Below the pieces are notes generated by a model. That model searched no databases. It was not told the DNA's origin and was given only the letters and a program-made list of their open reading frames with translations. The position numbers were made by a program, and so were the translations under genes. DNA of 63,714 bases, the filler included, from Octopus bimaculoides (taxonomy: Eukaryota): the NCBI RefSeq assembly GCF_001194135.2. It is 4 parts of 4 records of this genome, joined end to end, with 100 filler letters (N's around TTAATTAATTAA, not from the genome) between each part and the next. Parts side by side here need not be neighbours in the genome. Positions count along the whole stretch, not along the records: positions 1 to 6,561 come from NC_068999.1; positions 6,662 to 11,431 come from NC_068987.1; positions 11,532 to 38,762 come from NC_068982.1; 1 more part is not named here. One strand, written 5' to 3'. Positions within the stretch are counted from its first letter, which is position 1. Every line of letters starts with the position of its first letter. Positions 1 through 11,900 of the stretch are shown one piece after another.

Positions 1-59
1 ATACACACATGTGTTAAGTACATTTATGGTTATCTATGCATATATACTTTGATTTATTT

Positions 60-130
<71 letters not shown>

Positions 131-135
131 GTGCT
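60..135. repeat. (TA)n/(TG)n microsatellite; dinucleotide arrays recur through the window and border most N gaps
   Basis: Also at 878-955, 4020-4075, 6740-6780, 9540-9660, 27363-27456, 36460-36820, 38700-38762 and 61276-61360. Confidence 0.98.
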
Positions 136-872
136 TGTATATATGTTTATGTGTGTGTACATATTTCTACTTGGATATTTATATATGCAATCATAAATAT
201 ATATAGAGATATCTGTGCGTGTGTGCGTGTGTGTAAATACATATACCTATATGTACATAGAGATACAGATGCCGACATGTTTGTTCATAGATGGATATAT
301 GAATATACGCACACAGAAACGTATTTACGCATTCATACTTACCCTTATATCGCTTTATACAAGCATATACACATGTAAACGCATATATGTGCACAAGTTT
401 ACGCATAGATAGATACATATATGCTTACAAATACAGGGATACGCATTTTATACGCATGTACTTCCATATACAAATTAGTAGAAATATATATCCAAGACGA
501 CAGAGAAGATCTCACACAACGACATTCAGATAAAATTATCGGCATCTAAGAGTCAGAGAGAGAGGGACATTTTTCTCTTATTTCTTTATTGTCTTTTAAA
601 AGTGCGTGATAGAGTTCAATAAAATCTGTCAGATTGTCATTGTGCAAGGTAACTCGGGGGCTCCTGCTCTGTGTTAGTATTGCTGTCAAACATGGCGGTA
701 GAGAAGCAAGAAAATGGAACGCTGCGTCGGGAATGTTACAAAGACAGATTCCAGTTCGTTTGTTTCTTTGGAGTAATATATGGAAGACGACAGAGAATGG
801 AATCATAAATCAGAGAAGTTAATGAGGAACACGGGAGAAGGATAGCGCAACGAATATACTAATTATATTATG

Positions 873-923
<51 letters not shown>

Positions 924-1055
924 GTGTGTATATTTATATATGTATACATATATATANNNNNNNNNNNNNNNNNNNNNNNNNNNNNNNNNNNNNNNNNNNN
1001 NNNNNNNNNNNNNNNNNNNNNNNNNNNNNNNNNNNNNNNNNNNNNNNNNNNNNNN

Positions 1056-1099
<44 letters not shown>

Positions 1100-1740
1100 T
1101 CGTCGCTTTGAGATGCAGCAGGGAATTTTGTCAGTGAACAGGTCGCGGTCTCAAAGCGACGAAAATATTTTGGTAAATTAAATTTAAATGTTGAAGTGAA
1201 TCTAACGGCTTTTTGTGTGTTTTTAGATGGTTTATAAATATCTTCCACGCTGCAATTGTTTTCGTTCCAGCACACGGCCTCAGATCAGGTCACTTGCTAT
1301 GCAAGTATATCTCCAGTATTTATTTTTATTTTAAGATTCAAAGAATTTACCTTATTTACATAATTTCTTTCCCACCATTTTTATAAATGGAATTTTTCTA
1401 GTGTCTGCAACATGATCTCATTTCATATGTTAATTAAACATATTTGTGGCATAATTATGTTATATTTCTCGGAATCATTTACGTAAGGAATATTATTGTC
1501 CACTTTGCCAAGTTTATATTTATGCTTCTCAATATTCTTCATTTAAACCCAAATAAACTTCGATGAGACTATGTAGCTTTTAAAGTTTTGCTGGTTGCAT
1601 CGATGTAATTGTCGTCGATATGTCCCTCTTGCAATAAAGTGGTCTTGCAGGTTATTTTCGTAAGTAATTTATGCTTAACGGGTATGCTTTATATTCTTTA
1701 ATGTTTCAAGCCTTTTCTGCACTGAGCTGTGGGTTTCCAC

Positions 1741-1741
<1 letters not shown>

Positions 1742-1801
<60 letters not shown>

Positions 1802-1831
1802 CTGACAGACAGACAGACAGACAGACAGACA
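1742..1831. repeat. (GATA)n/(GACA)n microsatellite; similar arrays at 8897-8958 and 17431-17535
   Basis: Direct inspection. Confidence 0.98.
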
Positions 1832-1913
1832 CATAGAAATAAGATAGATTGATAAGCAGATAGATGTGTGTGTATAATACGTATTCTTTATATATTAATC
1901 CATACATGCATAC

Positions 1914-1948
<35 letters not shown>

Positions 1949-3044
1949 NNNNNNNNNNNNNNNNNNNNNNNNNNNNNNNNNNNNNNNNNNNNNNNNNNNN
2001 NNNNNNNNNNNNNNNNNNNNNNNNNNNNNNNNNNNNNNNNNNNNNNNNNNNNNNNNNNNNNNNNNNNNNNNNNNNNNNNNNNNNNNNNNNNNNNNNNNNN
2101 NNNNNNNNNNNNNNNNNNNNNNNNNNNNNNNNNNNNNNNNNNNNNNNNNNNNNNNNNNNNNNNNNNNNNNNNNNNNNNNNNNNNNNNNNNNNNNNNNNNN
2201 NNNNNNNNNNNNNNNNNNNNNNNNNNNNNNNNNNNNNNNNNNNNNNNNNNNNNNNNNNNNNNNNNNNNNNNNNNNNNNNNNNNNNNNNNNNNNNNNNNNN
2301 NNNNNNNNNNNNNNNNNNNNNNNNNNNNNNNNNNNNNNNNNNNNNNNNNNNNNNNNNNNNNNNNNNNNNNNNNNNNNNNNNNNNNNNNNNNNNNNNNNNN
2401 NNNNNNNNNNNNNNNNNNNNNNNNNNNNNNNNNNNNNNNNNNNNNNNNNNNNNNNNNNNNNNNNNNNNNNNNNNNNNNNNNNNNNNNNNNNNNNNNNNNN
2501 NNNNNNNNNNNNNNNNNNNNNNNNNNNNNNNNNNNNNNNNNNNNNNNNNNNNNNNNNNNNNNNNNNNNNNNNNNNNNNNNNNNNNNNNNNNNNNNNNNNN
2601 NNNNNNNNNNNNNNNNNNNNNNNNNNNNNNNNNNNNNNNNNNNNNNNNNNNNNNNNNNNNNNNNNNNNNNNNNNNNNNNNNNNNNNNNNNNNNNNNNNNN
2701 NNNNNNNNNNNNNNNNNNNNNNNNNNNNNNNNNNNNNNNNNNNNNNNNNNNNNNNNNNNNNNNNNNNNNNNNNNNNNNNNNNNNNNNNNNNNNNNNNNNN
2801 NNNNNNNNNNNNNNNNNNNNNNNNNNNNNNNNNNNNNTTTTTTTTTTTTTTTTGTTATATCATTATTGCAGTCAACAAACTCTTTTGTTCGAAGATATTC
2901 CATAAGATTTATTCTCTCTCCATTTGAGGCGCGTTAGTATTGCTTTCATCCTTATTTCAATAAATTTGTGGTGTGTCAATGTTTTGATGGCCGAGGTTAT
3001 TTATATGGCACCTGTAAAGAAAAGCGCTGTGTATTCTTGCCGAT

Positions 3045-3295
3045 GTCATAGTGGCTTAATGGTTAGAGCCTTGTGCTCGCGATAGTACGGTCATGAGTTC
3101 GATTCCTAGTGACGTGTTGTGTCCAGTAGCGAGACACTTAATTTCACGTTTCACTAGTCCACTCAGCTGGCAAAAATGAGTCGTTCCCCTATTTCTAAAG
3201 GACCAGCCTTGTCACATTGTGTCTCACGCTGAATCTCCCTGAGAACTACCTAAATGGTACACTTGACTGTGGAATACTCAGCCACTTACCCGTTA
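3045..3295 (+). mobile_element. tRNA-derived SINE
   Basis: A-box-like AGTGGCTTAATGG at ~3050, B-box GAGTTCGATTCC at 3095-3106, then a SINE-core-like segment (gtgttgtgtcc...gagacacttaatttcacg...gtccactcagctgg). Confidence 0.7.
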
Positions 3296-3313
3296 TTATT
3301 TCAATTTTTTTTT

Positions 3314-3466
3314 CATTATTTACATTCGACAGATATTTGTCCTCATCTTGTTTGTTGTTAACACAACGCTTCGGCTGATATACCCTCCAACCTTCATCAG
3401 GTGTCTTGGGGAAATTTCGAACCTGGGATCTCATTCCTAATGTATTTTTCGATGTTTTTGTTGTTG

Positions 3467-3536
<70 letters not shown>

Positions 3537-3551
3537 CATTATTCAAGTCAC
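3314..3551 (-). mobile_element. Truncated inverted copy of the tRNA-head/(AAT)n/hammerhead repeat
   Basis: Reverse complement matches 3619-3797; its hammerhead core reads CTGATGA...GAAG (A15.1 changed to G). Confidence 0.75.
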
Positions 3552-3846
3552 GGGCAAATGGCGTAGCGGTTAAGAGCGCGGGCTACTAACCCCAAGATTC
3601 CGAGTTTGATTCCAAGCAGTAACCTGAGCAATAACAATAATAATAATAATAATAACATCGAAATATACCTTAGCAATGAGAACCCAGGTTCGAAATTTCC
3701 CCAAGACACCTGAAGAAGGCTGGAGGGTATATCAGCCGAAACGTTGTGTTAACAACAAACAAAATGAGGACAAATATCCGTCGAATGTAAATAATGTGAA
3801 TGATTTAAATAATGTACATAATTCCTCATCTCTTAAATATAGAACT
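3552..3846 (+). mobile_element. SINE-like element: tRNA-like head + (AAT)n + hammerhead-containing body
   Basis: A box TGGCGTAGCGG (3559-3569); anticodon-like loop CTACTAA; B box GAGTTTGATTCC (3602-3613); (AAT)n 3630-3655; hammerhead motif 3706-3749. Confidence 0.7.
3706..3749 (+). ncRNA. Minimal type-I hammerhead ribozyme candidate
   Basis: ACAC-CUGAAGA-A-GGCUG(loop)CAGCC-GAAA-CGUU-GUGU: stem I ACAC/GUGU, 5-bp stem II, palindromic ACGU stem III, GUU triplet. Confidence 0.65.
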
Positions 3847-4024
3847 GCACTTACACGTTAATTTCACGAAAAGGCTGTTATATATTGATCCAATGCGGTT
3901 AAGGCAACCAAATACACTTGGGTTATCCCATGCTGAATTCCAAAAAGCTAAAACGGTGAAAGTACGTACGAACTAAATATGGTATTTATCTTAATTTTCC
4001 ACTGTGTATGTGTAAGTGTGTGTA

Positions 4025-4078
<54 letters not shown>

Positions 4079-5980
4079 TGTGAGTGTGTGTGTATTTATG
4101 TGTGTGCATGCTTGCGTATGCAGTGGCTGTATTCTTAATCTAAAGGAACTATCCCGACATTCGTATCACCTTCCAAATATGGCAATAGTAAAAAGAAACT
4201 GAGTTATCCCCACTTTGCTTGTCAGAAAAAAAAAAAGATAATATTTTTTTATAGCAGAACGAAAACACTATGAACTCAGGTAGCGACATTTTCAGTACTT
4301 GTTTACATAAATAAAAAAAAAGATGGTTGTTATGTAATTTTCCTAAGACAGACACGCCATAGAAATATGAACTACAAAGAAGTTTTTGATGGTTTCCAAT
4401 CTTATTTTTGTTTTCTGTTTAACAATTTTGTTTTATTCGTTGAACAGTTTCATCTGGCAATGTTGCAGACAGCTTTTGATCATCTTACATGATTTTTATG
4501 AATGGAAATTGAATTTCCAATGCGTTCAAGAATCAACTTTATTTTTTATATTTAACTAAAGCATTCTGTTGCTTTCGCTTTCTCCTTTCGTTGACTTTAT
4601 AGTGTTTCAGAGAGAATGGCGATCTATGATTGGACTAAGTAACAGTTGTGACTGATTGCAATATGAAATGATTTTTTAAAGAAATAGCAGCATGTAGGTG
4701 TATACGACGTTTCTGTATTGATATGAAGCATTTGACTGCATATCGATTCAGACTGTATATCGTTTTGTTTTTTTTTCAATCTACAGAGAAATAAGTAAAT
4801 TTGACACGATTTTAGTATCCTGATACTGTGTGGGCTGAACTCCCCGTTGACAGGCCTCTGATATTATATATAGTATGCAAATTGGTAACTCCAGTGGAAT
4901 TGGTGTGTTTACAAACGAATTGGTTACTTGTTTCTCTGGGATTAGTCAAGTGATGCAGAACAAGCTGATGAGACTTCAATAACGATCGGAAATTGGTCTT
5001 CAGTCGACAATGAAGTAGCTAATTTCTGTATATTTGTACGTCTGCTGACGATGAGGAACGGAAATGACCGCGAAAACCATTAATAAGCTACTTCAAACGC
5101 AAAATTTAAATTTTGCAAGTAAATATATTTCAAGAGAAATAACATCCGATAGCTCGTTGATTTTTCCAATCCACGAAATACTCATAAATTAATGGTTAAC
5201 TTTTCAGGACTGATTCCTTTTCAATAAAATAATTATGTAAAAGTTAATAATACAGAAACTTTATAAATATACGTATTTAAATGAAGCTAAACATATTATC
5301 AATCTATGGGTGATTGCTAAATATAGAATTGCTAATAATACGTATATGAATTGATTTTTGATGTTTTTATATTGTTTTTTAATTTGATCTTAGCTATAGG
5401 CATTGCAGCTTGTATTTTTTTGTGACTTTAAAATCTATGTGTTGGTAGATTGTTTCTGTAAACCAACTCATAAATATAATGTCCAATAGAGACATTGAAG
5501 CAATGTAACATCCATCAATTATAACTCTAGACGTTGTCAAGTCTGTGAAGTAGGGGGCTGAGGAGAGAAACACACACACACGCGCATATACGCGCATACG
5601 TACATGCATACATACATACATACATACATACATACATACACAGGCACAAACCAAACTATACGGGACAAACAGAGACAAGGTAAAATTGTAGAAAAAAGAC
5701 CAAATACAAACAGAAAAGTAAAGAAAGCTAAATAAAATATGACTATTCCGTGAAGTAGATGTGAAAGAAAAAAAGGAAAGAAAAAAACATCAGTCAAATA
5801 AAATTAAAAAGAAAAAGAAATAAGATAAATATAATAATAAAAAAACAAATTGAGAAATACTTGCGTTTCTTTGAAAGGCGGAGATATAAACATGAGGCTA
5901 AGTACAAAGTTTTTGAACATAAATTGAAACACAGACTTACTACAAAGGTGATGACATTAAAAGAAGGGAAAAAAATGTAG

Positions 5981-6137
5981 GGAAGAAGAAGAAGAAGAAG
6001 AAGAAGAAGAAGAAGAAGAAGAAGAAGAAGAAGAAGAAGAAAATTAATACTAATAAAATTAATACTAATAAAATTAACAATAACAAACATCACAAATATT
6101 AATAACAACGTTAATAATAATAATAATGATAATAATG

Positions 6138-6186
<49 letters not shown>

Positions 6187-6210
6187 CAATAACAACAATA
6201 ATAATAATGA
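5981..6210. repeat. (GAA)n followed by (AAT)n microsatellites
   Basis: Direct inspection. Confidence 0.98.
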
Positions 6211-6736
6211 TCGGAGGGGAAAAATAACTCTCCCCGCTAGAATGATTGACCCATATTGTAAAGCCTGGTGTGGCAATTCGATTTATCATTCACACATGAA
6301 CGATCTAAGCAATAAAATTACTTAAAATAGTATCTGACACGATCACTTCTCACGAATATCGTATTCTAAATGGCAACAGACGCCACCTCAGAATATTTTT
6401 ACTTGTCAGCAATAGAAACTATATATATAAACGTATATATATTTATATATACAGTTATATATATACATACAAACATATATATATTCTATATATATATATA
6501 TATACATACATATATATATATATTCTATAAATATATATATATCTATATATATATATATATANNNNNNNNNNNNNNNNNNNNNNNNNNNNNNNNNNNNNNN
6601 NNNNNTTAATTAATTAANNNNNNNNNNNNNNNNNNNNNNNNNNNNNNNNNNNNNNNNNNNNATATATATATAGACACACATAATATATTTTAAATAAAAT
6701 TTAATTCCAGAAAATTTACAAATATTCAGACATATG

Positions 6737-6777
<41 letters not shown>

Positions 6778-7124
6778 ACACAATGAATGAACGTTTTATT
6801 TTTTGAGCACTTAAAATAATAGTAAAACAAAAAATATTTTTATTTTGTCTAGGCACCTTGCTAATTTGTGAAAGGTCAGAGGGATATAGTTAATCGAATC
6901 GAATCTAATATCTTAGTAGTGTTTAATTGGCCACCACTCGTGGGATTTAAATGTAGAAACTTTATATGTGACGGTAAATGTTGTAAAGAACAAATCAAAA
7001 GTCTCGTGGCTACTCGCAATAAGAATATAGAAATATGACATTTATACATGTATATATATATATGTATTAAATATATATGTATATGTACATATATATGCGT
7101 ATGCATTTGTATAATTATATATAT

Positions 7125-7167
<43 letters not shown>

Positions 7168-7304
7168 NNNNNNNNNNNNNNNNNNNNNNNNNNNNNNNNN
7201 NNNNNNNNNNNNNNNNNNNNNNNNNNNNNNNNNNNNNNNNNNNNNNNNNNNNNNNNNNNNNNNNNNNNNNNNNNNNNNNNNNNNNNNNNNNNNNNNNNNN
7301 NNNN

Positions 7305-7340
<36 letters not shown>

Positions 7341-8895
7341 GTGGGGTTAAAATGATCCCATTAAGAGATTATTAAAGAATTACTTGTTTGTTATCCATTA
7401 TTTTGTTGTGAATAGTTATATTCCGGAAATAAGTATAAAACTTGGTATATAAATATTCAAATAAAAATCCAGAAAATGGAGAAGTAGCGTTAATATAATT
7501 TATTAAGTACAAAAATTCAACATGTTCACTTACAGCTGTTTCCATTTGCCCAATGGTAGGAGAATAGCAACTGAGTGTCAGTAATCAAGATGGGGCGTTC
7601 TGATCAAGAAGAAAGTTTTACTGTGTTCGCGGTTAGGGTTAAAGCTAAGGTTTAGGATTAGTATTTAGAGTTAGTTTTATGGTTGAGAGGTACGGTAAGT
7701 AACTTTAATTTGTTGTGTTCTTGTCATTAATTAAATATTTTCTTCGTGAAGGGTGTTGCGTTGTTGTAATATTAATGTAAAAAATAACAAGAAGTAATTG
7801 TCGTCTTCAAAACAAAAGACAAAAGCAAAAGCATGGCACTTTCCATAATAGCTGCAGGGCATGTAGAAAATAAATGGGTCTGATTGGCTAAAATTACACA
7901 AACAAAAATGTTCTATTATAAAGTGTTCGTAACATTTCTTTTATTAATTTCTCCAAAAAACAAAGAGAGACAAACAAGTTATGGTTTTTGTAAATGGCAT
8001 GAAAATCTATACTTATGTAGTGAAACTTTCAATAAAACCGGAAGTGTAACAAACAAACAATATCCGAGAAGACATCTTATATTAGCGTGTGTTTGCGAAG
8101 GAGTAAAGGTTGTAGACGTTGTTCTTTAACCCAGGTCGATTCTGATTGAAAAAGACTATGATAAAAGACATTTCAGTTACGACCAGTCTTGGACGGGTAT
8201 CCTTGTATTACACAATATATTATTTCATTGTTTCAGGCGGTAAATTATGATTTCATTGTTTAAGACGGTGGAAGTATAGTGATCTTTAAAGGAAATGAAG
8301 CAACTACGTTGATAGCTTCTCGTTGGCTTGCTAAAAACCAGGGGTGTTTTAAGTTAATTGGGAGTGGGGGTTGAGGCGTATTTGAGCAAGTTTTTTTATG
8401 ATTTAGCTACAACTTGAGGAACAGTTCTTTACTGAGCAACAGCACCATCTCAAGACCATTGTGTGCTCACAATGGGGTGCCTATAGCACCGATGGATATT
8501 AGAGGCATCGTTTTTATTTCTTTATTGTTTTAATCTTTTACTTGTTTCAATCATTTGACTGCGGCCATGCTGGAACACTGCCTTCTATATATATATTTTT
8601 TAAAGTAAGTTTTAAGTACATAAATACCTACATTTTAAACACAATTTCAAAAGAAAACAATTAATATCTTATCGGGATCAGAATGTCAGTCAGACACTGT
8701 GTTATCAAGGACCAGACAAAAAGAGAACTGGTGTTGCGCTAAGGATTAATATAATCTCATCATATAAGTCCTCAAATTTCTTTAGCAATTTCTATGCAAA
8801 TCTAATATAGGAGAGTCTAGGCACAGGGACGGCTGAATGCTAAAGCAATTCAGTCCCGCAAAACGGTGTCTTTGGTGAGTGTCTTCTACAACAAA

Positions 8896-8959
<64 letters not shown>

Positions 8960-9553
8960 TTTGTCTACCCATCTATCAGTTGCTGTCTCATTAGTAATGC
9001 TTTTTCCTATATATATATATATCTGGTCTTCGAAACGTCTAGATAGAATAGAGACAGCTGATGAAGGGATATTCCAAGGGGCTTTCCGTTTTCCTATGTG
9101 TTCGTTCCGTTGTCTGTAGTTTATTGTTCTAACGTCCTGTACCCTGATATGCATGTATATACACATGTAGATGTAAGTATGTACATATATGTGTGTATAC
9201 ATGTATATATTCTTTGTATTATNNNNNNNNNNNNNNNNNNNNNNNNNNNNNNNNNNNNNNNNNNNNNNNNNNNNNNNNNNNNNNNNNNNNNNNNNNNNNN
9301 NNNNNNNNNNNNNNNNNNNNNNNNNNNNNNNNNNNNNNNNNNNNNNNNNNNNNNGGTGTTACTCAGGTACTCAACTATGTGCCTACTGCATTTTATAGCA
9401 GAAACAGCTATAAGCTAATGAAGATCATATTCTTTTGTCATCTCATTTTCTTATACATTCATACATGCATGCATACATACATGCATACATACATACAATC
9501 ATAATATACATATATATGAATACATAGATACACACACACATATACATATATAC

Positions 9554-9603
<50 letters not shown>

Positions 9604-10957
9604 ATGCACATGTGTGTGTGAGCGTGTGTGTGCATGTGTGTGCATGTGTGTATGTGTGTGTTTATATGTCTCCTACACGGCTTGACAACAGTTTCGGTTT
9701 ATTTACGTCCTCATAAGTGGTTCGCCGAATTACAGCGACAGAGTAAAACAAGTATTGGGGTTGATCTGTTCAATTTCTTTATTTAAAACAAGTATTGGGG
9801 TTGATCTGTTCGTCTAACACTTTAAGTTGGTGCTTCAGCATAACCGTAGTCCAATGAGTGAAAACGCGTAATAGAGTAATCCATGCAAATATTTCCAAAT
9901 TGGACACATGATGGATGGAATAGTATAAGAAAATATATGGATTATAGCAAACTGCACAAAATTTAGCTTTCATCTGATTAAAACATTCTGCATTTCTTTT
10001 CTTTTCTCTGCAGAACATCATTCGGTGAAAGGGGGTGCAGTGCTATAAAAGGTTGAAATCTCTGATACAGACTGCTTTGATGGTGTCACGTTTTCTTTGG
10101 TAGATTGTCTCATTTGTCGAAAGAAAGAGAGAGTTAGCGAGACAGTGCGTACGCATGCGCGCGTATGTGCGCGTGTGTGCGTGTTTACAGCCTTCATATT
10201 ATTCCCACATGACAACACCTCAATGTGTGTCAGCAAGGTTTGCCCTCACTACGACTACTTCTACTTATACTACTGCTGCTGCTGCTACTGCTACTACCAC
10301 TATTACTAGTACTGCTGCTACTCCTGTTGAAACAGAAAGAACATCTTCTTAAAGGAGGGTAATGCGTACTTCATGGGAGGAGAAAGTCTTTCTGTTGCTT
10401 GTTGTTTTCTCTCTTTGTTAGTTATTTTATTATTTTGAGGGTTTTGATAAGGAAAATAGGACGATAAGCAGTAAGATAAGGAGAGAAAATAGAAGGGCGG
10501 GAGATTGATAGACTGATAGTGAGAAATAAATAAATAACACAAACAGAAACTCATATTACACACAACACATATTACAGAAGCACTCATAGATAAACACGCA
10601 TACACACATACATATAGATACACAAACCATACATACACAAACCACACATAAGGACTGCTACAAGACAAATAGATAATTTGGTAGACTGATAAAGACTGTT
10701 GTTATGGTTTATCTGCGGGTCGGGTCATTTTTGGCCTATCAGGACGGAGGACAGAAGTTTTCTATCCTTGACCATTGGATATTTTGGTCACATATGCTGT
10801 ACGAAGAATGACGTTCTCCCTTTTGTAAAATGAGATTTTAGTGGCTGCTGTTTCTAGCAGATTGAGCAACCATTTTGTAAAGTGATCTATATTGGAATAA
10901 TAGCTAAATAGATTTCCAGGGGTAGGCCCTTTAATTGATTCAATCTGATTCCCAAAA

Positions 10958-11065
10958 GCGGCCTGGTTGTGTAGTTAGAAATTTGCTTCCCAACCATGTG
11001 GTCTTAGGTTTAGTCCCACTACCGTGGCTCCTTGGGTAAATGTTTTCTAGTATAGTCTCGAGTCG
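10958..11065 (+). mobile_element. Degenerate tRNA-derived SINE head (family B)
   Basis: Similar to 59020-59130 (gcttcccaaccatgtggt...ggtttagtcccact...cttgggtaaatgttttctagtatag). Confidence 0.65.
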
Positions 11066-11424
11066 AGTAACCATCTGGCAACATCTGGTCATCAAACTTT
11101 TATTATATTTCCATTCCATAAACTTTGGCGAACATGAACTGCAAAAGTAGAAATCTAATCTACTGCATCAAATGCCCTAATTGTGAAGAACTGTACGTTG
11201 GCCAGACAGGTAATGCACTATCGGAACGCTCACGAGTACATCAACAACAGATTAAAAACCCAAAAGTCCGCCAAATACCACTGAGTAACCATCTGGCAAC
11301 ATGTGGTCATCAAACTTTTATTATATTTCCATTCCATAAACTTTACAACCGGAATGAAATTGAGAGAAAATGCAAAGAAAAGGACTTTATTAAGAAATTC
11401 AAACCCACTCTTAACAAACAATGA
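11066..11424 (+). mobile_element. Penelope-like element 3' fragment, GIY-YIG endonuclease domain
   Basis: NLIYCIKCPNC..LYVGQTG..LSER...H...LSNHLATC...KFKPTLN* matches the PLE GIY-YIG domain with CCHH motif; followed by a gap. Confidence 0.9.
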
Positions 11425-11531
11425 TTAAATTNNNNNNNNNNNNNNNNNNNNNNNNNNNNNNNNNNNNNNNNNNNNTTAATTAATTAANNNNNNNNNNNNN
11501 NNNNNNNNNNNNNNNNNNNNNNNNNNNNNNN

Positions 11532-11900
11532 TGGACCCTAGCAGCGGGAAATTTAGACAGTGTCACGTGACAACTAGCTGGGGCTGCCTGCTGGAGCCTA
11601 GCAGCAGATAAAAAAAGGGGAACTTGACACGACGATCAGTCGGACGCTGACACTCGTTGATGCTGCATCGAAGAGGCCAGGGAATAGAAGAAAGAAGACA
11701 TGCACCCAACACCAGAGCTGAAGACACCTCCGAAAGGAGGGGCCCCGCCACGTCAAAACGGTAGAGGAGTAGGGGCCGAAACCGGATGTGGTTCCTCCTG
11801 ATGATGTCTTCAGCTAACTGGATCCTATAAAGGAGCTGTTGTGGTAGCAGACCACGAAACATGGTTGAAATTCCTCATAGCAATCAAATGTTACAGTTGG
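11532..11900 (+). mobile_element. Probable Penelope 3' UTR/pseudo-LTR with two hammerhead-like cores
   Basis: GC-richer, structured segment directly after the GIY-YIG ORF, across a 100-bp spacer gap; CTGAAGA..GAAAC and CTGATGA..GAAAC cores. Confidence 0.55.

Noticed and set aside
546-822. Overlapping ORFs with a repeated aagacgacagagaa 14-mer (~495 and ~785)
   Set aside because: No recognisable family or convincing splice sites; possibly a decayed LINE endonuclease piece, but unsupported.
49-2937. Long ORFs made of CV/IY/X runs (also 5794-6289, 24288-25324, 31335-32368, 36254-37058, 60385-61494)
   Set aside because: Translations of microsatellites and N gaps.
3552-3625. Functional tRNA-Ser(ACT) gene
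   Set aside because: No acceptor stem, a mutated B box and an unusual anticodon; better explained as a SINE head.
6606-6617. TTAATTAATTAA between N runs (also 11477-11488 and 38807-38818)
   Set aside because: Identical 12-mer with stops in all six frames centred in 100-bp gaps; an assembly spacer, not biology.
7630-7685. Telomere-like ggttagggtt/ttagg repeats
   Set aside because: Short and degenerate, internal to an unassigned repeat; not an interstitial telomere array.
9745-9812. 27-bp direct repeat at 40-bp spacing
   Set aside because: Local slippage duplication inside a decayed SINE module; only two units, not CRISPR-like.
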